This document shows positions 9,693-19,399 of a DNA stretch of 64,000 nucleotides, piece after piece. Made by a program: the position numbers and the translations under genes. Under the pieces are notes generated by a model. The model was not told the DNA's origin. It worked only from the letters and a program-made list of their open reading frames with translations, and did not search any database. Each line of letters opens with the position of its first letter. Position 1 is the first letter of the stretch. Origin of the DNA: Deltaproteobacteria bacterium CG11_big_fil_rev_8_21_14_0_20_47_16 (GTDB lineage: Bacteria; UBA10199; GCA-002796325; 1-14-0-20-47-16); contig PCXA01000006.1 in NCBI GenBank assembly GCA_002796325.1, positions 970-64,969 on the forward strand. The letters are read 5' to 3'.

Positions 9693-12098
9693 ATGGCACC
9701 GCCTATTAATACATTTCCCCCTGCGCATGCTGCCCTTATTGAGTATGCCCAAAGGACATTTGGAGCAGGAAGTCTCGCCGTTCACGATCTTGGTGAACGC
9801 CCCCAACGAGTATGGACCGCCGCCACACTTGTTAATCAATATGGCGTTCCACCACTCATGGCAGTAGCTAAGGTCTTCGAACATCCCCCGCTACCCACCA
9901 TGGTTTTACTCGCAGAACAATTGGGAGGTCTTTTTCAACAGACCCAAGTTACCCAAGTGCTTCAAGCCAGTAATCCCACCAATATTGCCAGCATCATGAC
10001 TGCAGCGGGATTCACCACATTTTCGCAAGCACTCACACCCCAAATGAATGGCATTTTGCGGGGTACACAATTTTTTATGCAAATCATTCATGACCATCTC
10101 GATGAGGCTATTAGGGCTGGACAAAAGATTGGTGTCGAAATCGAGTTCTCGCCGCATGGTACAGCCCAAACCCGTGATGATGCATATTTGGCTCTCAAAG
10201 CCCAACTTGAATCAAAGGGCTATACAGTTACGCTTCATGAAGGAGATCGCGATTTTGTTTATGGCGCAAAGCCAGGTATTTTCCCCACAACACGTGGTTA
10301 CTTTGATTGGAATAAACAAATTGTCGCAGAGCTCTTAGTTGCCACCAGCTCCATCATGCACACCATTACACGCAGCGAAGATGACTCGGTTCGTCTACGT
10401 GCCAAATCAGAGGACGTTGAGGGTGCCTTTGCAGAAATGTACGAACGTGTTGCTGAAGCGCTGGGACTGGATAGTGTGGACAGTGTCAAAACACTCATGG
10501 CAAGAGGAGCCCCCGAATACACTCAAAAGAATGTATATTTACTTAAGGATGATTCTGGGGACATTGCCAAAGTAGAAGTTGAGTTATTGGGAAACAATAA
10601 AGCTCGCCTAACCGGCCTTAATTGCACAATCTACGACCCAGCAGAAAAAGAGCGCATTGCAAAACCATTCATTGATATTGATACCACCGGGACCACACCA
10701 GCTGAGCGATTCAAAGCAGTAGATGTTTATCTGCGAAAAAAAGTTGCCCGAACCGCTTTTGCCAAAAAAGTTGACCGATACAGTGGCCTCAGCATCAAGG
10801 GTATCGATGGCCAATTTAAAATCGTTGTGGAAGCGGATCCGGACTTAGAACTGATTACACCTAAATTAGATGCAGGACAAATCGATATTGTAGAGCATTT
10901 AATCGCGGGTCTTCATACAGCTGGGTTTGAAGGGACCCGTGCCAAAAATGTGGTGGGCGTCCACGTGCATGGGGGCATTCCCCTCGTCTTCCGTACGGGT
11001 GATGGCCAGCTCAAACCCACCGTCGCGCCATTATTGAACCTCATGCGGGCCTATGGACGAGATGCACATCTCATCACTGCCGCCATTCCAACACACCCCA
11101 ATCGCGAAGGGTTCATCCATTCAATCCGACCCGAGCTTACTGACTTGGCGAATGAAATTAATTATGTCACAGATCCCACAGACCCTAAGCAAATCCTACG
11201 CGTTTGCGCAGATCTGGTCCGACTAACGCGCACCAAATACACGGCCCTCAATCTGGACAACCATGTTTCCAAACTTTTGGGACTCATGATCTTGGGCGAC
11301 GAAACAGAAGGTATCCAACCAATTCTCACGGATAAGCAATACAACGTGACACATACGTACAGGGATACAAGTGGTGTTGAGCATCGACTGGAATATGCGT
11401 TTGCCATTGATATCAAAAGGGAAGGTGGCAAAGTGATTGATGCCAGCGTGCGATTACTCACATTGCTCCCAGATGACCGGCCACGAGACGAAGATGGCAA
11501 CCTACCCGATTATGTAGAGATGATTCGCATCAAATTGAGTGCGTGGAAACAGACGGCTGAGATGAGACACTATGACACGTATTTATTGGATCCCAGGATT
11601 ACACCGCTATTTGCAAAATTTTCGGCCGCCTATATTCATCGCTATGGCAAATCTTATTTACTACCCGCATCTGAGTTCCGTCCCAAACCAGCAGTGCCTG
11701 CAGGTGAACGTGGCTTTGCAACCATTGGTGCAATGGGAGCACCTTTATTTATGGCAGCTGACGCCGTTACTGCTGCAAAGACTGCGGCACAGCGGGCTTT
11801 TGCAGGTGCCCAGGCACTCCCGGCCTACCCTGTCACCCAAGCTGAACTGCAACCACTCCTTAGACAGGCATTGATTGGGCTAAATATTCCACCAGCTCTG
11901 TTAGACGCGTATGTTCGTGGTGACGGCTCTCCACTCACCACCACTCAAATTACCAGCCATCTTCGTGCGGCGGGATACGACGGTCTTCTAGAGGCTATCC
12001 AACATGCCCGCCACATGGCACCGCTTGAGCACGAACGACAAGAACGTGAGGGACTTTTCAGACGCCGCGGCTGGTCAGATATTGCACGCCGTCGATAA
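9693..12098 (+). CDS. Amidoligase_2-like (COOH-NH2 ligase) domain protein with large insertion and extensions
   Basis: Ordered motifs IGVEIEF, LELITP, GVHVHG, KYTALNL, TAEMR; likely start ATG 9693 after GAGG. Confidence 0.7.
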   Translation: MAPPINTFPPAHAALIEYAQRTFGAGSLAVHDLGERPQRVWTAATLVNQYGVPPLMAVAKVFEHPPLPTMVLLAEQLGGLFQQTQVTQVLQASNPTNIASIMTAAGFTTFSQALTPQMNGILRGTQFFMQIIHDHLDEAIRAGQKIGVEIEFSPHGTAQTRDDAYLALKAQLESKGYTVTLHEGDRDFVYGAKPGIFPTTRGYFDWNKQIVAELLVATSSIMHTITRSEDDSVRLRAKSEDVEGAFAEMYERVAEALGLDSVDSVKTLMARGAPEYTQKNVYLLKDDSGDIAKVEVELLGNNKARLTGLNCTIYDPAEKERIAKPFIDIDTTGTTPAERFKAVDVYLRKKVARTAFAKKVDRYSGLSIKGIDGQFKIVVEADPDLELITPKLDAGQIDIVEHLIAGLHTAGFEGTRAKNVVGVHVHGGIPLVFRTGDGQLKPTVAPLLNLMRAYGRDAHLITAAIPTHPNREGFIHSIRPELTDLANEINYVTDPTDPKQILRVCADLVRLTRTKYTALNLDNHVSKLLGLMILGDETEGIQPILTDKQYNVTHTYRDTSGVEHRLEYAFAIDIKREGGKVIDASVRLLTLLPDDRPRDEDGNLPDYVEMIRIKLSAWKQTAEMRHYDTYLLDPRITPLFAKFSAAYIHRYGKSYLLPASEFRPKPAVPAGERGFATIGAMGAPLFMAADAVTAAKTAAQRAFAGAQALPAYPVTQAELQPLLRQALIGLNIPPALLDAYVRGDGSPLTTTQITSHLRAAGYDGLLEAIQHARHMAPLEHERQEREGLFRRRGWSDIARRR

Positions 12099-12143
12099 TT
12101 TGGAACACTTGTCATCGATCAGCCACCATGCTACCCCCGCGAC

Positions 12144-13118
12144 ATGGCTGACATCTTTACATCACAGGACGCGCCACCCACTTGGCTGAAGGATAAGGCC
12201 ATTACGGTATTCGGCTATGGCGCCCAGGGCGAGGCTCAGGCCCTTAACTTGAAGGATATGGGTTGTAGGGTCACCGTTTGCCTTTATCCCGGCAGCAAAT
12301 CGATTGATAAGGCCAAAGCAGCAGGGCTGACCGTTATGACCGACCCGGCCATGGCCGCACGCCAAACCGAGGTTGCTGTCTTGTTAACCCCCGATGCCGC
12401 TATACCAGCGCTCTGGGAATCCGCACTGCGGGACGCCCTACCCAGCAAGTGTGCCCTTATTTTCGCGCATGGGTTTACAATTCACTATAATTTGATGACG
12501 CCCAAGCCGACCCAAGATGTCTTGCTCGTCGCACCTATGGGACATGGCAGCATCTTGCGTCAGCAGTTTTTAGACGGCGGCGCAATTCCCGCAGTCTATG
12601 CCATCCATCAAGATGGCACAGGGAACGCCAAAGATATTGCGCTCGCTTATGCCCAAGCCATTGGATGCGCGCGTGTGGGCGCAATCACCTCCACATTTAA
12701 GGAAGAAACCGAAACGGATTTATTTGCCGAGCAAACCACAAGCGTCGGTGGGCTCACCGCGTTGATTGGTGCATCATTTGATACCATGGTCGCGGCAGGC
12801 TATCAGCCGGAAATTGCATACTGGTCCACACTGCGCGAAATGGAAGGCATGATGCGCATTATTGCAAATCGCGGTATGGCGGCATTTGTGGACAACGTCA
12901 GTGCCACTGCCAAGTACGGAGCATTAACACGGGGTCGTCGCATTATTAGCGATGCCACACGCGCTGAGATGAAAACGATCATGGACGAAATTCAGTCCGG
13001 CAAATTTTTGAAAGAGTTGCAACAAGAAGCCCAAGAAGGTTACCCCAAATCCAAAGACGCTATTCGTGAAATGAAATCGAATTCCATTGAAACCACGCAT
13101 CAGGAGTTTACCAAATGA
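12144..13118 (+). CDS. ilvC: Ketol-acid reductoisomerase
   Basis: GYGAQGEAQALNL, FAHGF, ETETDLFAEQ, SATAKYG. Confidence 0.93.
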   Translation: MADIFTSQDAPPTWLKDKAITVFGYGAQGEAQALNLKDMGCRVTVCLYPGSKSIDKAKAAGLTVMTDPAMAARQTEVAVLLTPDAAIPALWESALRDALPSKCALIFAHGFTIHYNLMTPKPTQDVLLVAPMGHGSILRQQFLDGGAIPAVYAIHQDGTGNAKDIALAYAQAIGCARVGAITSTFKEETETDLFAEQTTSVGGLTALIGASFDTMVAAGYQPEIAYWSTLREMEGMMRIIANRGMAAFVDNVSATAKYGALTRGRRIISDATRAEMKTIMDEIQSGKFLKELQQEAQEGYPKSKDAIREMKSNSIETTHQEFTK

Positions 13119-14506
13119 CATGTCGTGTTCGCTTTGCCCCATCCCCCACTGGCCACTTGCACATTGGCGGCGCCCGCACCGCACTTTACAATTGGCTGCT
13201 TGCCCGCAAACTGGGTGGTAAATTTATTTTGCGCGTCGAAGACACTGACACCGAGCGCTCCACGCAGGAATACGTGGATTCCATCATGGACGGCATGCGC
13301 TGGTTGGGATTGCTGTGGGATGAAGGACCTTATCACCAAATGGAACGCATGGACATTTACCGCGCGCACGTGGACCAACTCATGCGCGAAGGCAATGCGT
13401 ACCGCTGTTATTGCACCGTTGAAGAATTAACCGCCAAACGCGAAGCCGCCCAAAAGGCCGGCCAAAAGCCTAAGTACGACGGCACCTGTCGCGATCTTAA
13501 CTTGCAAGATGATTCACGCCCCTATGTCATTCGATTCAAGGCACCCACTAAAGGCACGACCGTTGTGCACGATGCCATTCGTGGCGACATTCCATTTGAA
13601 AACAAGGAACTTGATGACCTAATCATCATGCGCGGCAATAACACCCCCACCTATAATTTTACAGTGGTGGTTGATGACGTGACCATGAAGATCACACACG
13701 TCATTCGCGGTGACGACCATTTGAACAACACACCCCGTCAAATCTTGATGTACAACGCGTTTAATTATCCTGTTCCCACATTTGCGCACTTACCCATGAT
13801 TTTAGGGTCGGACAAAAAGAAATTGTCCAAGCGCCATGCAGCGACTTCTGTCGTGGCCTATCGTGATTTGGGTTATTTGCCCGAAGCGCTCCTCAACTAT
13901 TTGGCGCGGCTTGGGTGGTCACACGGCGATCAAGAAATCTTTTCACTCATGGACATGATTGAAGCCTTTGATTTGGAACACGTTGGAAAATCGGCTGCGA
14001 TTTTTGATCCCGACAAATTGAACTGGGTCAATCAACAACACATTAAAAAGCTAGGCGACGCCGAGCTCACCCACATGTGTGTCCCCTTCTTTCAAAAGGA
14101 AGGTGTTGCATGGGATAATCAAGAATTTGCCATTGCCGCCGTACGTTCTGAACGCGAACGCGCAAAAACACTCGCTGACATAGCCAAACAATGCCGTTTC
14201 TATTTTGTCGATCAGGTGGAATATGATCCAGCGTCCGTTGAAAAATGGCTCACCGCAGATGGCAAAGCACTACTGCAAAAAATCCATGATCGCATGACCC
14301 AGGTGGAACCTTTCACAGCTGAAGCCATTGGTGCGGCATTTAAAGAATTGGTGACCGAATCAGGACTTAAGATGGTTTCCCTCGCCCAGCCCTGCCGCGT
14401 GGCTCTTTGCGGCTGCACGGTAAGCCCCGGCGTTTACGAAGTCATGGCGATTCTAGGCAAAGAAAAAACGCTCAAGCGCCTTACTGCCGCTATTAATAAA
14501 TCTTAA
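13115..14506 (+). CDS. gltX: Glutamate--tRNA ligase
   Basis: RFAPSPTG, HIGG, KLSKR. Confidence 0.97.
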   Translation: MTCRVRFAPSPTGHLHIGGARTALYNWLLARKLGGKFILRVEDTDTERSTQEYVDSIMDGMRWLGLLWDEGPYHQMERMDIYRAHVDQLMREGNAYRCYCTVEELTAKREAAQKAGQKPKYDGTCRDLNLQDDSRPYVIRFKAPTKGTTVVHDAIRGDIPFENKELDDLIIMRGNNTPTYNFTVVVDDVTMKITHVIRGDDHLNNTPRQILMYNAFNYPVPTFAHLPMILGSDKKKLSKRHAATSVVAYRDLGYLPEALLNYLARLGWSHGDQEIFSLMDMIEAFDLEHVGKSAAIFDPDKLNWVNQQHIKKLGDAELTHMCVPFFQKEGVAWDNQEFAIAAVRSERERAKTLADIAKQCRFYFVDQVEYDPASVEKWLTADGKALLQKIHDRMTQVEPFTAEAIGAAFKELVTESGLKMVSLAQPCRVALCGCTVSPGVYEVMAILGKEKTLKRLTAAINKS

Positions 14507-14816
14507 TACGTTTGATGCGAAGTCCGTGGGATGTGCGGCTCACGTCGTAGCCAATGTGCGCGCCAACAGTGAGGTATTTTCTGTGATTTTTGGTACCGCA
14601 AAAATCCATTTCATCTACATGAAAAAATAATTCCCGGCCCAAGCGATCTTGCACAAATCCGTAGGACTGGCTCTGAAAATATTTAGTGATAACCCCTTTT
14701 GAGAAGTTGTCATTTTCGTCTACGAATGACGGAACTGTATCCGCACTCGCCGTCACCACAATTGCAGTGGGAAGCGGTGCTTGGTTTGCAGTCCATTGAA
14801 ATAACTCGGTGTTCAT
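14493..14816 (-). CDS. Cold-shock domain protein
   Basis: KGVITKYF..YGFV..ELFFH resembles CSD RNP1/RNP2. Confidence 0.7.
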   Translation of the reverse strand: MNTELFQWTANQAPLPTAIVVTASADTVPSFVDENDNFSKGVITKYFQSQSYGFVQDRLGRELFFHVDEMDFCGTKNHRKYLTVGAHIGYDVSRTSHGLRIKRIKIY

Positions 14817-16205
14817 TTAAACTCCTGGTTCCGTCATTGGGTATGGATTGAGGTGCTTATCCAATTCCGCCTTCGAAATCTTACCCGTCTTTAAAAAAGC
14901 CTCGCGTAAGCTCATGTGCTTGGCAGACGCCTCTTTAATCACAGCGGCAACTGTTTGATAGCCTAAAATAGGATTTAATGCCGTGCCCAGTGCATAGTTG
15001 TGATCGAGCAACTTTTCGCACTGGCTCTTATTCACAGTAATATCCTTTAAACATTTCGCTGTAAAATTATAGAGCTGCGACGCCAGGAGATCGATTGATT
15101 CATATAGCGCATCGCCAATCACGGGATACGCGGTATTTAATTCGCAGTTACTTTCCATCATGCCCATAGTCACAGTGGACTCGTTGCCAATGACGCGCGC
15201 GCAGACTTGAATAAGTGATTCAATAATCACGGGATTCACCTTAGCTGGCATGATGCTGGAACCCGGCTGCACCGCCGCAATTTGCAATTCAGCGATGCCG
15301 GCATGGGGGCCACAGGCTAAAAAGCGGATGTCCCGACCAATACGATTCAATGCAATCGCTACGACTTTGAGCTGCGCCGCCAATTCCATCAGGCTATCGG
15401 GGCATGCCTGCGCCTGAAAGTGATTTCGGGTTTCGGTAAATTTAACACCCAACTCTTCTGAAATAGCTGCAATGGTAAGACGCGCAAACTTGGGGTCGGT
15501 GTTAATCCCAGTTCCCACCGCCGTCCCACCCAATGGCAGTTCAGACAAACGCGGCAACAGCGACTCAAATCGCTCAATCGCCAATTGAATTTGGTGCGCA
15601 TAGCCAGAAAACACCTGACCCACGCGAATGGGAGTGGCATCTTGCAAATGCGTACGGCCTGTTTTGACAATTTTATCGAATTGTTTGGATTTATTAACCA
15701 GCTCGGATTTTAAAACAGCCAATGCGGGTAACAAACGCTCCACCATCAACTGTGTTACCGTAATATGCACCATCGTGGGAATCACATCATTTGAACTTTG
15801 CCCAAAATTGACATGATCATTGGCAAGAACAGCAACACCCTTTTTCACCAACTGAGTTGCACGATGGGCAATGACTTCATTGGCATTCATGTTGGTGGAA
15901 GTGCCTGAACCCGTTTGATAAATATCGACTACGAACTCTGAGTTCCACTGCCCCTGGTAAATTTCCCATGCAGCTTCTGCAATAGCTTTGGCAATCGACT
16001 TATCCAAGTGACCCAGCTTGGCATTTACCTCAGCAGCTTTGGATTTGATCAATCCCAATGTTCGCACCATCTCAGACGCAAACCTAGCGTTGCTAATTGG
16101 AAAGTTCTCGACAGCCCGCTGCGTCGAAGCACCGTACATCACATGAGATGGAACCTTCATCTCGCCCATACTGTCTTTGAGTATTTTATATGATTGCTTT
16201 TGCAT
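14817..16205 (-). CDS. fumC: Class II fumarate hydratase
   Basis: QTGSGTSTNMNANE, GRTHLQDA, GSSIMPAKVNP. Confidence 0.93.
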   Translation of the reverse strand: MQKQSYKILKDSMGEMKVPSHVMYGASTQRAVENFPISNARFASEMVRTLGLIKSKAAEVNAKLGHLDKSIAKAIAEAAWEIYQGQWNSEFVVDIYQTGSGTSTNMNANEVIAHRATQLVKKGVAVLANDHVNFGQSSNDVIPTMVHITVTQLMVERLLPALAVLKSELVNKSKQFDKIVKTGRTHLQDATPIRVGQVFSGYAHQIQLAIERFESLLPRLSELPLGGTAVGTGINTDPKFARLTIAAISEELGVKFTETRNHFQAQACPDSLMELAAQLKVVAIALNRIGRDIRFLACGPHAGIAELQIAAVQPGSSIMPAKVNPVIIESLIQVCARVIGNESTVTMGMMESNCELNTAYPVIGDALYESIDLLASQLYNFTAKCLKDITVNKSQCEKLLDHNYALGTALNPILGYQTVAAVIKEASAKHMSLREAFLKTGKISKAELDKHLNPYPMTEPGV

Positions 16206-16308
16206 AAGACTCCCTGGTTATTGACGCTGAAACCAAAGTTACCTAGCAAAGCCCGAACCCAATTCCAAGTCTAGACATCTAAAAAATAGTGTGATTAAAA
16301 CGACCACT

Positions 16309-16656
16309 ATGGCAATTTATACAGAAAATCGCCCTTGGGGCCAGTTTGCAGTTCTAGATGAAGGCCAGGGCTATAAAGTCAAACGGGTCACTGTTATGCC
16401 TGGTAAGCGCCTTAGTTACCAATATCACAACTATCGTCACGAGCACTGGATTGTAGTGGAAGGTACAGTGACCATCACACTAGATGGCAAGGAACTCACC
16501 CTCCAAGCCGGTGACTATATTAACATACCCATTAAAGCCCATCATCGCATGGGCAACAATACCGCAATACCCATGTCGCTCATTGAAATTCAGCGCGGCA
16601 GTCGCGTTGACGAAGACGATATCGTACGTCTCGAAGATGACTTTGGACGAGAATAA
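16309..16656 (+). CDS. Cupin protein, type II mannose-6-phosphate isomerase C-terminal-like
   Basis: RPWG, LSYQYH..RHEHW, EDDIVRLEDDF. Confidence 0.88.
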   Translation: MAIYTENRPWGQFAVLDEGQGYKVKRVTVMPGKRLSYQYHNYRHEHWIVVEGTVTITLDGKELTLQAGDYINIPIKAHHRMGNNTAIPMSLIEIQRGSRVDEDDIVRLEDDFGRE

Positions 16657-16658
16657 TT

Positions 16659-17873
16659 ATGCAACTACACACACAAAACAATCACCTAACCATTGGTGGT
16701 CTCAAAGCATCTGATATTGCTGAGAAATTTGATACCCCCACATTTGCAACAGATGCTAGCATCATCAAAGTTCAATTTAAGAAAATCCACGATGCCTTTA
16801 ATGCACATGGAAAAACTGTTATCCGCTACGCTTGCAAAGCCAACAGTAACCCTGCAATCTTACAACTATTACATTCTCTTGGGGCTCAGGCAGATTGCGT
16901 TTCTCCTGGTGAAGTTGCACTATGCTTAAAAGCAGGGTTTGCGGCAGATCAGATTATGTTTACCGGGACTAATCCCCGCAATGACGAGCTCGCTTATCTT
17001 GCCAAGACTGGTATTCATATCAATCTCGATTCTCTATCCATGGCACGACGCTTTCCTACAGATCATAGTCGCAATTTTTCAATTCGCATCAATCCTCGCG
17101 TAGGCGCAGGTCACCATGAGCATGTCGTGACCGGTCATGAGGAAACCAAATTTGGTTTGCACGAAAATGATCTTGTAACTCTTACTAAAACTCTCAAGGA
17201 GCGCGGCGATAAACTCACCGGACTTCATGCCCATATTGGTAGTGGCATCATGGACGAAGCCCCTTATTTAGTGCTCATTGATGAACTGGCTCGTATTTCA
17301 AAATTTTTGGCTGAAACCTGTGGCATGACCATCGATACCATCGACATTGGTGGTGGTTATGGCATTCCCTACGAACCCAATGAAAAGCCGCTCAATATAG
17401 AACAAGTGGCCGAACGCATTTGGAAGCGCATTGATGAATTGTTCCCTAAGAAACCACTTTTAGCAATTGAACCGGGCCGCTTTATCGTCGCAGAATCCAC
17501 TTATTTGCTGACGCGCATCAACACAGTAAAGGAAACACCGCGTATTACATTCTTGGGGGTCGACGCTGGATTTAATACATTGGTACGCCCCACCATGTAT
17601 GATGCTTACCACCACATTGTGGCTGCTGATAAAATGGACAAACCCGCCACCGAACATTACACAATTTGTGGACCCATCTGTGAAACAGGCGACATTTTAG
17701 GTTCTAAACGCAGCCTTCCCACCTGCCAAGAGGGAGACTTGCTCGCCATTTGTGACGCTGGAGCCTATGGCTTTGCCATGGCCAGCCATTACAATACACG
17801 TGGGCTTCCTGCTGAAATTTTGATTGAAAATGGCAAGGCACACATCATTCGCGAAAGAGAATCGTCATACTAA
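16659..17873 (+). CDS. lysA: Diaminopimelate decarboxylase
   Basis: YACKAN, HAHIGS, DIGGG, EPGR, GPICETGD, GAYG. Confidence 0.95.
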   Translation: MQLHTQNNHLTIGGLKASDIAEKFDTPTFATDASIIKVQFKKIHDAFNAHGKTVIRYACKANSNPAILQLLHSLGAQADCVSPGEVALCLKAGFAADQIMFTGTNPRNDELAYLAKTGIHINLDSLSMARRFPTDHSRNFSIRINPRVGAGHHEHVVTGHEETKFGLHENDLVTLTKTLKERGDKLTGLHAHIGSGIMDEAPYLVLIDELARISKFLAETCGMTIDTIDIGGGYGIPYEPNEKPLNIEQVAERIWKRIDELFPKKPLLAIEPGRFIVAESTYLLTRINTVKETPRITFLGVDAGFNTLVRPTMYDAYHHIVAADKMDKPATEHYTICGPICETGDILGSKRSLPTCQEGDLLAICDAGAYGFAMASHYNTRGLPAEILIENGKAHIIRERESSY

Positions 17874-18589
17874 TTCCAGTCAGCGAACAATTTTTATCCA
17901 TTCAAGGTGAAGGACCCACCGCAGGAAAACGTGCCATCTTTTTGCGCACACACGCCTGCAACCTATTATGCGGTGCGGGGAAATATGCCAAAGAGAGCAC
18001 TTGGACGTGTGACACTATTCCAGTTTTTACAAAAATTCAGAAGCACTATACCGCCGAAGAACTATTCAGCGACTGGGAAACGCGTGGGTGGATCACAGAA
18101 TTAACCCGGGGTACCCATCTGGTAATCACCGGCGGCGAACCGCTAATTCTTGAACGTCAAGAGCAGCTCATTCCCTTTTTAAAAATGCTCAAAGACCCAT
18201 TTATTGAAGTTGAAACCAATGGCACAATCTGTCCCTCACCCGCACTTAATACACATATTGCCCAATATAATGTATCGCCCAAGCTAACGTCCAGTGGCAT
18301 GCCCAAGGCAATGCGCTTTGTACCTGAAGTGATTCAATGGCACTGCCAAAATCCACGGTCATTTTTCAAATTTGTCGTAACCAATAAAGAGGATGTACGG
18401 GATTTGACCAACACCTACATAACCCCCTTCAACATCCCTCTAAATCGTGTTTGGCTAATGCCTGGTGCAGCAACTCGCAAGACGTTACTAGAATTGCAAC
18501 CTACTATTGCCCAACTTGCCAAAGAGTCAGGTATGAATTTCTGTTCTCGACTCCACATCCTTCTTTACGACCAAACCACGGGCGTGTAA
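17867..18589 (+). CDS. queE: 7-carboxy-7-deazaguanine synthase (radical SAM); start probably non-canonical ATA 17867 or ATT 17873
   Basis: In-frame N-terminus LIPVSEQFLSIQGEG lies upstream of the ORF-track start; CNLLC..W.CDT, ITGGEP, EVETNG, VSPKL, RLHI. Confidence 0.85.
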   Translation: MLIPVSEQFLSIQGEGPTAGKRAIFLRTHACNLLCGAGKYAKESTWTCDTIPVFTKIQKHYTAEELFSDWETRGWITELTRGTHLVITGGEPLILERQEQLIPFLKMLKDPFIEVETNGTICPSPALNTHIAQYNVSPKLTSSGMPKAMRFVPEVIQWHCQNPRSFFKFVVTNKEDVRDLTNTYITPFNIPLNRVWLMPGAATRKTLLELQPTIAQLAKESGMNFCSRLHILLYDQTTGV

Positions 18590-19387
18590 ATGTATGCACC
18601 TATGTCGCGACGATTGGGGGGTCTCGTCATCCTTATTATTGCTGTTTCGATTTGCAAGTCTACATTTGCTAAATTGGAAGTTCACCCATCGGTATCTATT
18701 TCAAGTGCAATCACACCCAATACGGCCTACACAGCAACAAAGCGTGCCAATGATTATTACAATGACTTTGGAGGTTCTGTAGCATTGGTTTGGAACAACA
18801 AGTGGGAGGCCTCACCTGCACTGAGATTGGGTGTTGATACCACAGCAGGACAAATCGACACCTACACCAACCCAGGACTGGAATTGGCCTATTACTTTAG
18901 TGACACTCTCCAAGAGCGCATGGAAACATCTTGGCTGGTTGCAAATCAAGGAGGCTATGTTGGCGCACTGGTGGATCTTCACACACGTGCAGTAATCAAT
19001 GATTGGTTTATCATCGAAGGTGGGCCTCAATACTTTTATGACACTATTAATACCCAACAGGTAGAAGGCGCCATTGAACTGGATTTTAATGCCACCAAGT
19101 GGCTCGATTTTACAGCATTGGGCGCTCTGGGATATACATGGGTTTCTGGACAACCCAACGTGGTCAGTTATACAAGCGGCGGAGGCCTCGAGATCACATT
19201 TGCCAAATATATGCACTGGGCTGTAACAGCACTCTTTGCACATGGACTTTGTACTGATAGCCCTTATGCCATCTTGAATTCAACAACGACGGTGAACGTA
19301 CAAACAGGTAGTCGCCCCCCAGATACTGCGCTAGATCCAGGCGGCAATACTGTGACCGTCAGCACGGAATTAAGCGCCGAGTTCTAG
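18590..19387 (+). CDS. Putative outer-membrane beta-barrel protein
   Basis: Signal peptide, alternating aromatic strands, C-terminal F. Confidence 0.6.
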   Translation: MYAPMSRRLGGLVILIIAVSICKSTFAKLEVHPSVSISSAITPNTAYTATKRANDYYNDFGGSVALVWNNKWEASPALRLGVDTTAGQIDTYTNPGLELAYYFSDTLQERMETSWLVANQGGYVGALVDLHTRAVINDWFIIEGGPQYFYDTINTQQVEGAIELDFNATKWLDFTALGALGYTWVSGQPNVVSYTSGGGLEITFAKYMHWAVTALFAHGLCTDSPYAILNSTTTVNVQTGSRPPDTALDPGGNTVTVSTELSAEF

Positions 19388-19399
19388 GAGTCAGCTGAA

